This document shows, in pieces, positions 53,045 to 64,000 of a DNA stretch of 64,000 nt (the first letter of the stretch is position 1; every line of letters starts with the position of its first letter). The position numbers and the translations under genes were made by a program. The stretch is taken from contig NC_092395.1 of assembly GCF_030028105.1 (NCBI RefSeq), positions 16,088,424 through 16,152,423 on the forward strand, read 5' to 3'. The notes below the pieces were generated by a model. That model worked only from the letters and a program-made list of their open reading frames with translations, made no database searches and was not told the DNA's origin. The DNA comes from Mobula birostris (taxonomy: Eukaryota).

Positions 53045-53556
53045 TACAGTACTGTGCAAAAGTCTGAGCCACATATACATAGCTAGGGTGCCTAAGACTT
53101 TTGCACAGTACCGTAGTAATTTTATGTATTCCTCTGTACTACTGCTACAAAAAAATAAATTTTATGACATATGTAAGTGATGATAAATCTGATTGGGGGC
53201 CTCTATCGTGAACTGAGTGGGAAGGGCGCAGGGAGAGGGGAGTTATGGTTGGGGAAAAGGGGAAGGGAGAGAGAAGAGAGTAGGAAGCATCAGAGAGACG
53301 TTTTGTAATGATCAATAAACCAACTGTTTGGATTCAAATGACCTTGCCCAGTGTCTTAGGGCTGGGCGTGTCTGCACTCACACCAATCCCCATCCCTGGC
53401 ACTGCTTCTCTTAACACTTGTCCCACATCCCTCCCACGCGGTTCCACCATTGTCATTCCCAACATCCTTTGGACCTGTTGTCAAACACAGTACTGTGCAA
53501 CTCTAAGACACCTAAGCTATATATACACATACTCAAGACTTTTGCATGGTACTGTA
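53045..53556 (+). mobile_element. Composite element bounded by two mini Tc1-type MITEs (53047-53113, 53488-53554)
   Basis: TIR cagtactgtgcaaaagtct / agacttttgcacagtac with TA flanks; body colinear with 16735-17165. Confidence 0.75.
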
Positions 53557-53869
53557 GATTTAAGGAATATTTAAAAGACTCATAGATAGCCCCATGGAAG
53601 AAAGAGGGCTACGGGCTACGTAGCAGAGAAGGTTTAAATCCATCATGGATTATGTTTATCTTGGTCAGCACATTGCAGGCCAAACAGCCTGTACTGTGCT
53701 GTACTGTTCTACGTAGCAACACAAATTCACGAGGTCCTAACATTATGATACTTAGGGAGTAATTGAATTGGAAAGCAAAAAATATGCTAAAACGTCATCA
53801 CACTAAAGCACACTAAATAAGTACAATTAAACTCACCATTTTATATAATAAAATATGGACACTGCAGAT

Positions 53870-54346
53870 TGCATACACTGTTATGGGAGTGGAACTCGAT
53901 GTGGTCTTCTGCTGCTGAAGCCTATCAACTTCAAGGTTCGATCTGTTGTGAATTCAGAGATGCTGTTCTGCACACCACTGTTGTAACACATGGTTATTTG
54001 TGTTACTGTCGCCTTCCTGCAAGCTTGAACCGGTCTGGCCATTCTCCTCTGACCTCTCTCATCAACAAGGCGTTTTTGCCCACAGAACTACCGCTCACTA
54101 AATGTTTTTTTTTGCTTTTTGCTCCAGCCTCTGTAAACTCTAAAGTCTGTTGCGCATGAAAATACCAGATCACCAGTTTCTGAGATACTCAAACCACTCC
54201 ATCTAACACCAGCAATCATTCCACAGTCAAAGTCACTTAGATCACATTTCTGCTCCATTCTGATGTTTTGTCTGAATAACTGAACGACTGAACCTCTGGA
54301 CCATGCCTGCGTATTTTTACAGTGTTATGCAAAAGTCTTAGGCGTT

Positions 54347-54386
<40 letters not shown>

Positions 54387-54436
54387 TTGCATTGATGAGC
54401 AGGTGCTTGGGTATACCTAATTAGTGGCCACCGGTG
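53870..54436 (-). mobile_element. Tc1/mariner-type non-autonomous element (family of 45837-46376)
   Basis: Reverse complement of the 45.8-46.4 kb copy; ends cctaattagtggccaccggtgTA. Confidence 0.75.
54346..54386. repeat. (AC)n(AT)n microsatellite
   Basis: acacacac...acatatatatat. Confidence 0.9.
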
Positions 54437-55076
54437 TATTTTATAGGAGGATACAATGATAGCAAGATTACCACCAAGACATCTAACAGTAAATTTCTAA
54501 GAAACTGTCTTTACCCAGCGAACAGAGTTTGCTGCTATTAGGAGTAGCTGAGAAAAACAATATCAAGGAGCTGCATTTAATGGGAGGCTAGATAAGCATA
54601 TTAGGGCAGGTGCTTGGTCACAGAGATACATTGCAAAGAGCCTATTAAAAGAGCAAAGAGCAAGAGCAGAGAGGCTTAGGAAGGAAATTCCAGTACTTAC
54701 AGACTTGGCAGCTGAAAGCATGGTCAACAATAGTACAGCAATTAAAACAGAGAGACCTGAGTACCCAGTACTAGAGTACTGAAGGGCGGAGATCATATGG
54801 GGAATTGAAAACTTGGATAAAAATTTTAAAATTGTCATTCAGAATCATGCTGTAGGTCAGAGCCTGTATAGCAGTGATGGCTGAATGAGAATTGGTGCAA
54901 ATTAACACAAAGACGGCAGCACTTTAGTTGGCCTAATTTCCTTTAACACCAGGTAAGATGAGAGAAAGTCCAGAAGTATCAGAGGCTTGGTTGAATGCTT
55001 CCTCAGCAGACAGGGTAAGGTGAAGTCTGGGTCTGGTAATGCTAAGCATGTGTCTCAGCAATCACACAGACATGTG

Positions 55077-55284
55077 ACACACATAAAAGTTGCTGGTGAA
55101 CACAGCAGGCCAGGCAGCATCTCTAGGAAGAGGTACAATTGACGTTTCGGGCCGAGACCCCTCATCAGGACTAACTGAAAGAAGAGCTAGTGAGAGATTT
55201 GAAAGTGGGAGGGGGAGGGGGAGATCCAAAATGATAGGAGAAGACAGGAGGGGGAGGGATGGAGCCAAGAGCTGGACACGTGGA
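55077..55284 (-). mobile_element. Penelope-like terminal fragment with 14-bp TSD
   Basis: TSD cacacagacatgtg at 55063-55076 and 55285-55298; close match to 7430-7630. Confidence 0.85.
55137..55172 (-). ncRNA. Minimal type I hammerhead ribozyme motif (best-preserved core)
   Basis: AGTC-CTGATGA-G-GGGTCTCGGCCC-GAAA-CG-TC-AATT. Canonical CUGAUGA and GAAA core, GUC triplet, ACGU palindrome; first stem I pair mismatched. Confidence 0.7.
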
Positions 55285-57469
55285 CACACAGACATGTGGA
55301 CAGTTCATCCTGCACCGTGACGTCATCATTGTGAACAGTCTGGTTCTGTTTCGGACATTTGCCAAAGAATTGGATGGACTGGGTGGGGTTTACTGCAGGG
55401 GCCAAAACTGATGACTAATTTTACTGCTGAGTCATGCGGTCTGCATTTGGTATAACCGTCACCTCTTGAATCAGAAAATAAGGATTTTTTTTGGGACATG
55501 GGAACAATCATTGCTGGCAAAGGTTAGGATCAAGGTATACTGATGCAAATTAGCAAAAAGATTCGTGCGTGCAAAGTTTTTCAGTGTGATCTAGTCAATA
55601 AATTCACAGTTATTTGCACAAATTAAATTTTCTATTTCCAACGTTAAAACAGATCCTAAGAAATATTATATTCTCTGTCACCGCTTGCAAACACACCCTC
55701 TCTCTTGCTCATATTCTCTTTCAAGCCCATGCATATTCTCTCTCTCTCTCTCATTCATACATTTGGGAAAGAGATGTCTTGTCAATATTCCCTCAGAAGG
55801 CTGTGGAGGCCAAGTCATTGGGTATATTTAAAGTGGAGGTTGATAGATTCTTGATTAGTAAGGGTGTCAAAGGTTATGGGAAGAAGGCAGGAGATTGGGG
55901 GTTGAGAGGGTAACAACTTTGCCATGACTGAATGACAGAGCAGACTCAATGGGCTGAATGGCCTATTCCTGCTCCTACGTTTTATAGTTTTAATAAATTC
56001 CTTATTGCTTGCTCTAAGCTGCCTCCCTTTGCCTCCGCTGTTTCTTTCCCCCTCCCCGCCATCCCAACCTACCCACTACCCTCTTGGCAAGAGCCTGTGG
56101 GCCCGAAGCACTAACAGAGAAACCTCCAGATGTGCAACGCCCAAAGCGGTCTTGGCAAGTCCTTGCCAGGACTGGTGGCGGTTTGATACCACGCCCATAG
56201 AGTTGTGCAGCTGGAAGGTTAGTCTGTGTAGAGACTCGGGGTGTGGCTCACTGTGCACCAAGTTACTGACACAAAGCTGCTGTGTAAGCAACCTTGACTT
56301 AGTTAAAATATAATCAGTACCATTAGCCCACTGATACTGATACCATTGTAGTGGATAATAATACTTTGATAAATCTTGAATTTCCCAAGTTGGAATTGAA
56401 TGTAATGCTGTCAATCTGTGAACTATAATCTTACTTATAGCCTGCTTCCAGCATCTGGCAAAGTAAGCAGCTTTGCTTTTTATCCTCGAAAAAATGAGCT
56501 TCTGATTAAAACACAAGGAAAGTGTCGTCATTAAGGTGGCACCAAGTCTATTCCTTTCACTTTAAAGGGTTTAAGTACAAGGAGAGGTCAAAAGAAACCG
56601 TGAAAAATGATTGGGAACTTTGTAGAAAACTATTTGGTTCGCAGTGTAATGATGGGAATGGAACAAAGTTTTACATGGAGATGACAGGGGCCAGATGAGC
56701 TGAACAATATTCGCACTTTGATAAAACTTCTATCCCAGTGATGGTACACTGTACAGGATTCTATCCTGCTTGTTTTTACCGCACACTTATCATCCACTAA
56801 GAAACAAATAAATTTGTCAAAGTAAACTTTACCTGTTTAAAGTTCCTCCCTGTCAGCTTCCCTTTACCCCGGCACCTCAGCTGTACTACTCAGGTACTAA
56901 ATGATGAAGGGTTTCATTTCTAGCCCTTGGTTTACAGCAGACAATGGGAGACATGCACATCCCCCTTTTATCTGACTTGCCAATGAATCCTGGCTGCATT
57001 ATTTCTTGCTGTTGTATTCCATGTCGCTGTTAATCTTTAATGCATTTGGCAAACAGCCTGTAGAAAGCTGGTGAAGAGATGAAGCTCAAATTTAATGACA
57101 GGGATCTGGCGTTAAATCTTTTGGCTGCAAAACTGTTCCCACTACAATATCAGCAGAAATAGAAGTCCTTGGCATGGAAAATCAAATGGGAGTAGAAAGG
57201 AGATAAAGTTGGCTGTTTTGTTAACAGACTGATTAATTGGCATTTACAAACACAAACACATTTAGATTTACAGAATCCACAACATGTTTTTCCCCATTTA
57301 TCCATAACTGGGGCTCAGTTTTATCCTCACAACTTGTGGGTGCTAAGGCCCAGTGAAATCAAAACTTAATTAGCTGCATCTCAAAGTAAAGTCAACACTG
57401 AGGAAAAAGCATTTGAGGTCATGGCCATTATTTCTATCGAATATCTGAGGCAGAATTTGCTGTTAGTTA

Positions 57470-58830
57470 CATTGGAAAACAAAGACTTTACTTCCTGAAT
57501 ACTCCTATGTGCATCTTGTGGATTTTGGGCTGCTGATCATGAAAATCACCATGAAATTTCCCTATCATACACCATATTTTTGAAATCACCTCTGTTTGTT
57601 ATTTCAATTCATAATTCAAGTCAGAATAACTGATCCCAAGATTAAAGAAGGTAACACACATCAAAGTTGCTGGTGAACGCAGCAGGCCAGGCAGTATCTC
57701 CAGGTAGAGGTACAGTCGACGTTTTGGGCCGAGACCCTTTGTCAGGACTAACTGAAGGAAGAGCTAGTATGAGATTTGAAAGTGGGAGGGGGAGGGGAGA
57801 TCTGAAATGATAGAAGACAGGAGGGGGAGGGATGGAGTCAAGAGCTGGACAGTTGATTAGAGAGGGTCATGGGACAGGAGGCCTAGGGAGAAAGAAAAAG
57901 GGAAGGGGGGGAACCCAGAGGATGGGCAAGGGGTATAGTCAGAGGGACAGAGGGAGAAAAAGGAGAGAGAGAAAAAATGTGTGTATATAAATAAATAACG
58001 GATGGGGTACGAGGGGGAGGTGGGGCATTAGTGGAAGTTTGAGAAATCAATGTTCATGCCATCAGGTTGGAGGCTACCCAGGTGGAATATAAGGTGTTGT
58101 TCCTCCAACCTGAGGTGGCTTCATCTTTACAGCAGAGGAGGCTGTGGATAGACATATCAGAATGGGAATGGGACGTGGAATTAAAATGTGTGGCCACTGG
58201 GAGATCCTGCTTTCTCTGGCGGACAGAAGGCATTTCTGTTGGTCACAAATCAAACAGGTCATCAATGACAGGCAATTCTAGTGGGACTGGAGAAAATTGC
58301 ACGGAAGGCTTCAAGGATGTCAAAAATTTTCTTGGCAAATACAGTGCACCAAACTTCCTGCAAGCTGGTAGACAACACGCTTCAAGCATACAAAACTATG
58401 ATGTGCTACATGCCACTAAAGATTTATTTTCTGCATTCCAATTTAGACTTCCTCCCTGCAAATCTTGGAGCTGTCAGTGACGAGCATGGTGAGAGGTTTC
58501 ACCGGGACATTGCAGTCATGGAGAAACTGTATCAGGGCAACTTGAATCCATCAGTACTGGCTGATTATTGTCAGACACTTAAGCAAGAAGCATCAGATGC
58601 TGAGTACAAATGAAAATAATCAGCAAAACATTTTTAGCTTAGTTGAACTATTGCAAAGCGTCAGCATCGTTATGCAATTAAACACATCATATTCAATGAA
58701 AGCTAATTTCTTGTATCACATAGGAACTTGGAGGAACAATCAGTCTGAAATTATGTTTATGTTTAGCTTCAAGCAGTCTACCATAAACAAAAAAATATTT
58801 GTGAGGAAGCATTAGAATCTCAAGGTTTCT
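57470..58830 (+). mobile_element. Chapaev3-like (CMC superfamily) DNA transposon remnant, internally deleted, interrupted by a PLE
   Basis: ORF 58281-58613 LQAYKTMMCYMPLKIYFLHSNLDFLPANLGAVSDEHGERFHRDIAVMEKLYQGN..PSVLADYC matches the recalled Chapaev3 motif HFLHSHLDFFP.NLG.VSDEHGERFHQDI. KIKEG|ISVG is rejoined across the insertion. Confidence 0.75.
57652..58224 (-). mobile_element. Penelope-like element 3' part (GIY-YIG C-terminus + pseudo-LTR with mutated hammerhead at 57714-57749)
   Basis: Minus strand reads SVRQRKQDLPVATHFNSTSHSHSDMSIH...RLEEQHLIFHLGSLQPDGMNIDFSNF; flanked by an agaagg duplication (57646-57651 and 58225-58230). Confidence 0.85.
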
Positions 58831-59424
58831 CATGTAACCATTGTTAAATGACTTATCTTCTAACATCGACAACAACAAGTTGCGTTTATGGAACACCTTT
58901 AACACAGTAAAGCTTCTCACACCATCTCACAACAGAGTAGTCAAACAGGAATCAACAATGAACCAAATGAGGTGATTTTAGTGCTGGTAACAAATCTTTT
59001 TTAGTTAGTTGGCGTGTTTCATGCAGCATTTCATAGAGAGGTTTAAGGTGGAAAATCCTGAGCTCAGGACTGACATACAAGCACCAGTAATGAAAGCCGG
59101 AGACCATCAGTACCCCTGTCAGCATGCTGGATTTAGCTATCCCCTCCCAAACTTTCAATGAAATCCTGACTTGACCCAAGAGTGCCAGACCATTTATCCC
59201 AGGCTCCTGAAACTTCTGAGCAACCCTGACTGATCACCACAGTTTGGATGTGCTCACCCAATGTCAACACTGAGCATGACCCAAGTTAGAGCTGGTCGCA
59301 GGAATGGTTCCTAGTTATTCAAATCATTTACCCACCTCATCTGCAATCCCTTTCTAACTGGCCCAAATCTAATTCTTGACTCACCCACAAAACACATAAC
59401 CTTAACACCAAACCTTAGAACCTA

Positions 59425-60262
59425 ACAATGTCTGTGTTGCTCTTTGTACCCGAGAAAGAGGTGACATAGTATTGGAAGATGTAGAGTCCTTGTGGGTAGA
59501 GTTAAGAAACTGCAAGGGTAAAAATACCCTGATGGGAATTTGTGCAGGCCTCCAAACAGCAGCAAGGATGAGGGATTTAAAGTATAACAGGAGATAGAAA
59601 GGCATGTTAAAAGCCCAACATTATGATAGTCATGGGGGATTGGGCTTCAATATGCAGGTAAATTGGGAAAACCTGGTTGGAGTTGGATTCCAAGAGAGGG
59701 AATTTGTAGAAAGCCTACAAGATGGCTTCTTAGAGCAACTTGTGGCTGAGCCCACTAGGGGAAAGGTAATTATGAATTGGATGTTGTGTAATGAACCAAA
59801 TTTGATTAGGAAGCTTAAGGTACAGGAACCCTTCGGAGACAGTGATAATAATATGTGAGCATTCACCCTGTAGTTTGAGAAGATGTTAAAATTCGATCTC
59901 TCAGTGTTACAGAGGAGTAAAGGGAATTACAGAGGCATGAGAGAGGAGCTGGCGAAAGTTGGTTGGAAGGGGCCCCGAGCAAGATGACAGCAGAACAATG
60001 GCTGGAGTTTCTGGGGACAATTCAGAAGGTTCAGGATAGGTACATCCCAAAGATGAAGCAGCTAACAAAGGAAGTCAAACTCAGCATAAAAGCAAAGGAG
60101 ACAGCACACAATATAGGGAAGTTACAGGATTAGGAAGCTTGTAAAAACCAACAGAAAGCAACAAAAAAAGCTATAAGGAGAGAAAAGATGAAAGCTAACC
60201 AATTATGTAAAAGAGGATACCAAAAGTTTTTTCAAAGAAATAAAGAGTGAAAGAGAGGTGAG
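59425..60262 (+). mobile_element. CR1 LINE endonuclease-region fragment
   Basis: ESLWVELRN.KGKNTLMG, FVESLQDGFLEQLVAEPTRGK, EPFGDSDNNM. Confidence 0.8.
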
Positions 60263-60334
60263 ATTTTAAGTCAAGATTGCATATTTTCATGAAGTAGTTA
60301 ATACCTAATAGGCAAGTGGCCTTAACGATGGAAG

Positions 60335-60970
60335 TGCACAGTAGTGTAGTAGTTAGTGCATCGCTATTACAGCTGAGGGCATTGGATTATGGGGTGCACT
60401 GTAGTGTGGTAGTCAGCACAATGCTTTACAGTATCAGGGATTCGGGTTCAATTCTCACGACTGGCAGTAAAAAGTTTGTACGTTTTCCCTGTGACTGCAT
60501 GGGTCTCCTTTGGAGCTCTGGTTTCCAGAGGTGTACTGGTTGGTAGGTTCGTCATTGTAAATTGTCCGTGATTAGGCTAGGGTTAAATTGGAAGTTGCTG
60601 GGCGATGTAGTTCGAATGTCTGAATGGGCCTATTCTGCGCCACACCCTAAATAAATAGATAAACAAACAAACCAAATTGCAGAGTTCAATTCCAGTGTCA
60701 TAAGAATCTGCGCCACACCCTAATAAATAGATAAACAAACAAACCAAATTGCAGAGTTCAATTCCAGTGTCATAAGAAGTTTGTGTAATATTCTCCCCAT
60801 GGCTCCGGGTGCTCTGGTTTCCTCCCACGGGTCATATAGCATATCAGTTAGATGCTTAATTGGTTATTGTAAACCATCCTGTAATCAGGCTAAGGTTAAA
60901 TAGGTGGATTGCTGGGTGACGTGGCTAGTTGGACCAGAAGGGTTTTTTCCGTGCTGTATCTCTAAATGAA
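60335..60970 (+). mobile_element. Two tandem HE1/V-SINE-like copies
   Basis: A/B boxes and ccgggtgctctggtttcctccca core; CR1-like tails. Confidence 0.7.
60634..60778. repeat. 73/72-bp near-perfect tandem duplication
   Basis: tctgcgccacacccta(a)ataaatagataaacaaacaaaccaaattgcagagttcaattccagtgtcataagaa occurs twice (60634-60706, 60707-60778). Confidence 0.9.
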
Positions 60971-61829
60971 TTAATTAAATGAAAAAACTCTGGACTGCTC
61001 GAGCTAGCAGTCTGGGTGAAAACAGTGGGCCAAATGGCCTCACACATCCGATTCCAGGTTTATATCTCATCCCTCAGCCCCTCCCGATCTTCATTAGCTG
61101 CCAGCTAAGGAGCCGTGGAAGAAAGCACAAGAAAAATGTTTAAATGTTTAACAGTTCCATGTTCCCTTCAGGATGTTGGCTCATGAATTCAACCCAAGTG
61201 CAAACAAGGAACTACAGGAGACAAGTCGGGAGCAAAGCTGGAAAACTTGACAAATAAATCCAATATTCTTAGAAAAAGGTAACATGATTTTAATAAGCAG
61301 GATTTCTAGTGCCAAGTTGATTTAATGTTTGACCATCTCAGGTTCAATGTTACAATTAATCCTGAGGAGTTCATTAATTCTGCAGTTTCAGCTCAAACGG
61401 TTCTGACTGCCGTTTGCCGAGGCTCCACTGAGGACAAGTTATTACTACCAGCATTCTGCTTCATTGCTGACACACTGTGCCCCAGGGGATTTGGACATAA
61501 CTGCAATAAGTCACAAGGATCGCACACATTACGGAAGAAAAACTTGTCAGCCCATCTTCTGCTGAGCCACGGAAGCAAGCAGGCCCCTAATCCGATATAC
61601 TTTACCACGGCAACAGCTTAAGTTCAAAGTTCAACATACATTTATTATCAGAGTATGTATACATTATACAACCTTGAGATTTGTCTCCTAACAGGCAAGC
61701 ATGAAACAAAGAAACCCAAAAAAATCCATAAAAAAAGACCATATAACACCTAACATGGAGGGAAAAAAAAACAAATCATAGAAACAATAAGACGCTGCAC
61801 TACATTTCCTTAGACACCACATCATCTAA

Positions 61830-62355
61830 CTTTCTCACTGCAAGCACAGAAGGTGAATGTGCAAATATCGAGCCGCGGGGGGAATCTCAATGGGTCAGAC
61901 AGCACCTGTAGAGGGAACTGGACAGCCGTATTTTTAGTTGAGACCCCTCGTCTGGACCGAAAGAGCAGAGGGGAGATAGCTGTGAAATGAGGAGAGGTGG
62001 AGAGATAGGTGGAACCAGACGAGGAGGAGACAAAGGGCTGCAGATGACAGATCAGATAGGAAGAGCATGCAACAAAATAAGGGAGGTGAAGTAGGTAGAT
62101 GGGAGGAGTAGAGGGAGGGGACCCAGTGGGAGGAGTGTGTGGGTGATGGGCAGATGAATTTCGAGGAGGGGAAAGAAAGGGAGAGAGTGATTTAGAATGA
62201 AGGTGAGGTGGAATGGGAAGTAGTATTATGATATGTGATCACTGGAAGATCCCACCTGTTGTGGTGGAGAGAGCGAAGATGCTCGATGAAGCGGTCCCCC
62301 AATCAACGTGTCTCAATGTAAAGGAGGCTGTACCACAAACACGAGTTACAGTATA
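61830..62355 (-). mobile_element. Old Penelope-like remnant (left arm of the inverted pair)
   Basis: Minus strand cagcctcctttacattgagacacg..accgcttcatcgagcatcttcgctc (GIY-YIG), a pyrimidine tract, and a decayed hammerhead ccagacgaggggtctcaactaaaa. Confidence 0.65.
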
Positions 62356-63019
62356 CTGAGTGCAATACAATATATAGTTTTGGTATACTAAGGAAAAGAA
62401 TATTGAAGGGCCTTTGAAGAAAATTACTAAGAACTGCCAATGGGTAATAAACCCTTTGGGTAAGTCTGCAAACACTTTTGGAGAGGAATTAAGGTTGCAG
62501 CACAAGCGTGAGAGGGCCTGGCTTGACAAAATGAGAGATAAAGGAGCAGAGAGGGAGCAGTGGCTGTACTCTCATTTATTTAAGGTCATAGGAAGAAAAA
62601 ACTCCACCAACCATCACCAGATCTGGACATGACATGAAGTAGTGACAATATCCTCAAGTGGCTTCTGTAGCTTGTGCAGTCAGGCAGTGCTTGGGGGCTG
62701 AGATGCTTGTTTACTGATTAAATGAACTCTGAATTCACTACCAGAGGATATTAGAGATATCAGTTCCTGCAGCCAGGTCAAATCAACCATGAAGTTCTAT
62801 TTGCTCTGAGTTTCTCAGCCCTCTCTTTAATCATATCTGTCAACCCGCCTCAGCCCGCTTCTTCACTGCGATCACAATTCTTCTGCTGCAACCTTAACTC
62901 ACCTCTGAAAGAGTTTTGTGGATTTACCTAAAGGGATCATTACGCATTGGCAGTTTTTAATAAATTACAGTATTCTTCTCTTCAGTATACTGAAGTTATA
63001 TATTGTATCACACACACTA

Positions 63020-63850
63020 TACTGTATCTGTTACTCCCGGTACAGCCTCCTCTCCATCAGTGAGACACAACGTAGACTGGAGGACCACTTTGTCGAGCGT
63101 CTTTTTTCCGTCCACCACAACATGTGGGATTTTCCAGAGATCACCTATTATCATTCTACTTCCCATTCCCATTCTGACATGTCAGTCCACGGCCTTTCTA
63201 CAGCCACAATAAGGCCACTCTCAGGTTGGAAGAGCAGCATTTCACATTCCTCCAATCTAACGTCCTGATGAAAGTTCTCAGCCTGGAACATCAACTGTTT
63301 ACTCTTTTCCATAGACGTAGCCTGGCCTGCTGAGTTCCTCCAGCGTTGTGTGTGTGTTGCTTTGAATTTCCAGCATCTGCAAGTTTTCTTTTGTTTGGAA
63401 TGAACATTGATTTCTCTAAAACCCAGCAATTTTCCCACTCCCTGTTCTCATTTTTCCTACCCCTATTCTAGCTCCTCTCTTTCCCCCTCCCCTTCTCCTC
63501 ATCTGCTCATCACCTCGCTCTAGTGCCCCTCCTTCTTCCCATTCTCCCATCGCCTAACTTCTTTCTTATAAGATTCCTTCTTCTCCAGCTCTTTACCTTT
63601 TCGACCTGTCGTCTCCCAGCTTCTCACCTCATTTCCTCTCCTCTACCCTCCTACATTCCCACTCACCTGACCACCCATCACTTGCCAACCCCTACCTCTT
63701 CTTCTCCCTTTATTATTCTAGCTTCTTTCCCCTTCCTTTTTATTACTGATGAAAGCTCTCAGGACAAAATCTTGACTGTTTATTCCCCTCCTTAGGTTCC
63801 TGTGGAATTTTGTTCCTCTGGATTTTCAGCATCTACAGAATCTCTTGTGT
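63020..63850 (+). mobile_element. Penelope-like remnant (GIY-YIG + pseudo-LTR, two decayed hammerheads at ~63261 and ~63746)
   Basis: ORF 62918-63268 YCICYSRYSLLSISETQRRLEDHFVERL..STSHSHSDMSVHGL is a decayed YCIRCS.CGLLYIGET.RRL.DRF.EHL GIY-YIG block. Confidence 0.8.
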
Positions 63851-64000
63851 TTCTAAAGGTTGTGACTGGGTGATGGGCTACAGTTCCTCAGGATGAACAG
63901 ATACTTGGATATTAAGTGACTCAGGTGTTGCTGAGGTAAAAGATCAGCAGTCTGCTTAATAAATGGTGCAATAGGCTCTGATGGGAGAGTGGGGAGAATA

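Noticed and set aside
55440-55500. Minus-strand ...PYFLIQE|gtgac resembling the end of TLE exon 5 (IPFLSQE)
   Set aside because: Upstream codons do not match EIAKRLN..CAQ and there is no acceptor at 63 nt; exon 5 is probably beyond 64000.
60634-60778. Direct repeats as a possible CRISPR or satellite array
   Set aside because: Only two adjacent units with no spacer, in a eukaryotic context.

Overview
Eukaryotic, repeat-rich vertebrate DNA. The repeat complement (HER1/CR1-like LINEs, HE1/V-SINE-like SINEs, Rex1/Babar LINEs, Penelope-like remnants) points to a cartilaginous fish, probably a ray (inference). The window lies inside one minus-strand host gene of the Groucho/TLE corepressor family, most like TLE2. 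Three consecutive coding exons were read by hand and join in frame: 52008-51934 (end of Q domain), 44234-44039 (GP domain) and a 23-nt microexon at 36473-36451. No further canonical TLE exon was found in 1-36450 or 52009-64000, so these regions are taken as large introns. Almost all long ORFs in the supplied track are retroelement remnants or their antisense frames. Highlights: (i) a Penelope-like element family whose copies carry a minimal type I hammerhead ribozyme motif (consensus AGTC-CTGAnGA-A-GGGTCTCGGCCC-GAAA-CG-TC-GACT), several in the sense orientation of the TLE pre-mRNA; (ii) an old inverted duplication at about 61.8-63.9 kb; (iii) a candidate unannotated 21-nt in-frame microexon; (iv) a composite MITE/LINE-tail element present twice; (v) three solo LTRs with clean target-site duplications (TSDs) and a Chapaev3-like transposase remnant. 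Repeat boundaries are approximate unless a TSD is quoted. Family names come from recalled motifs, not from database searches.
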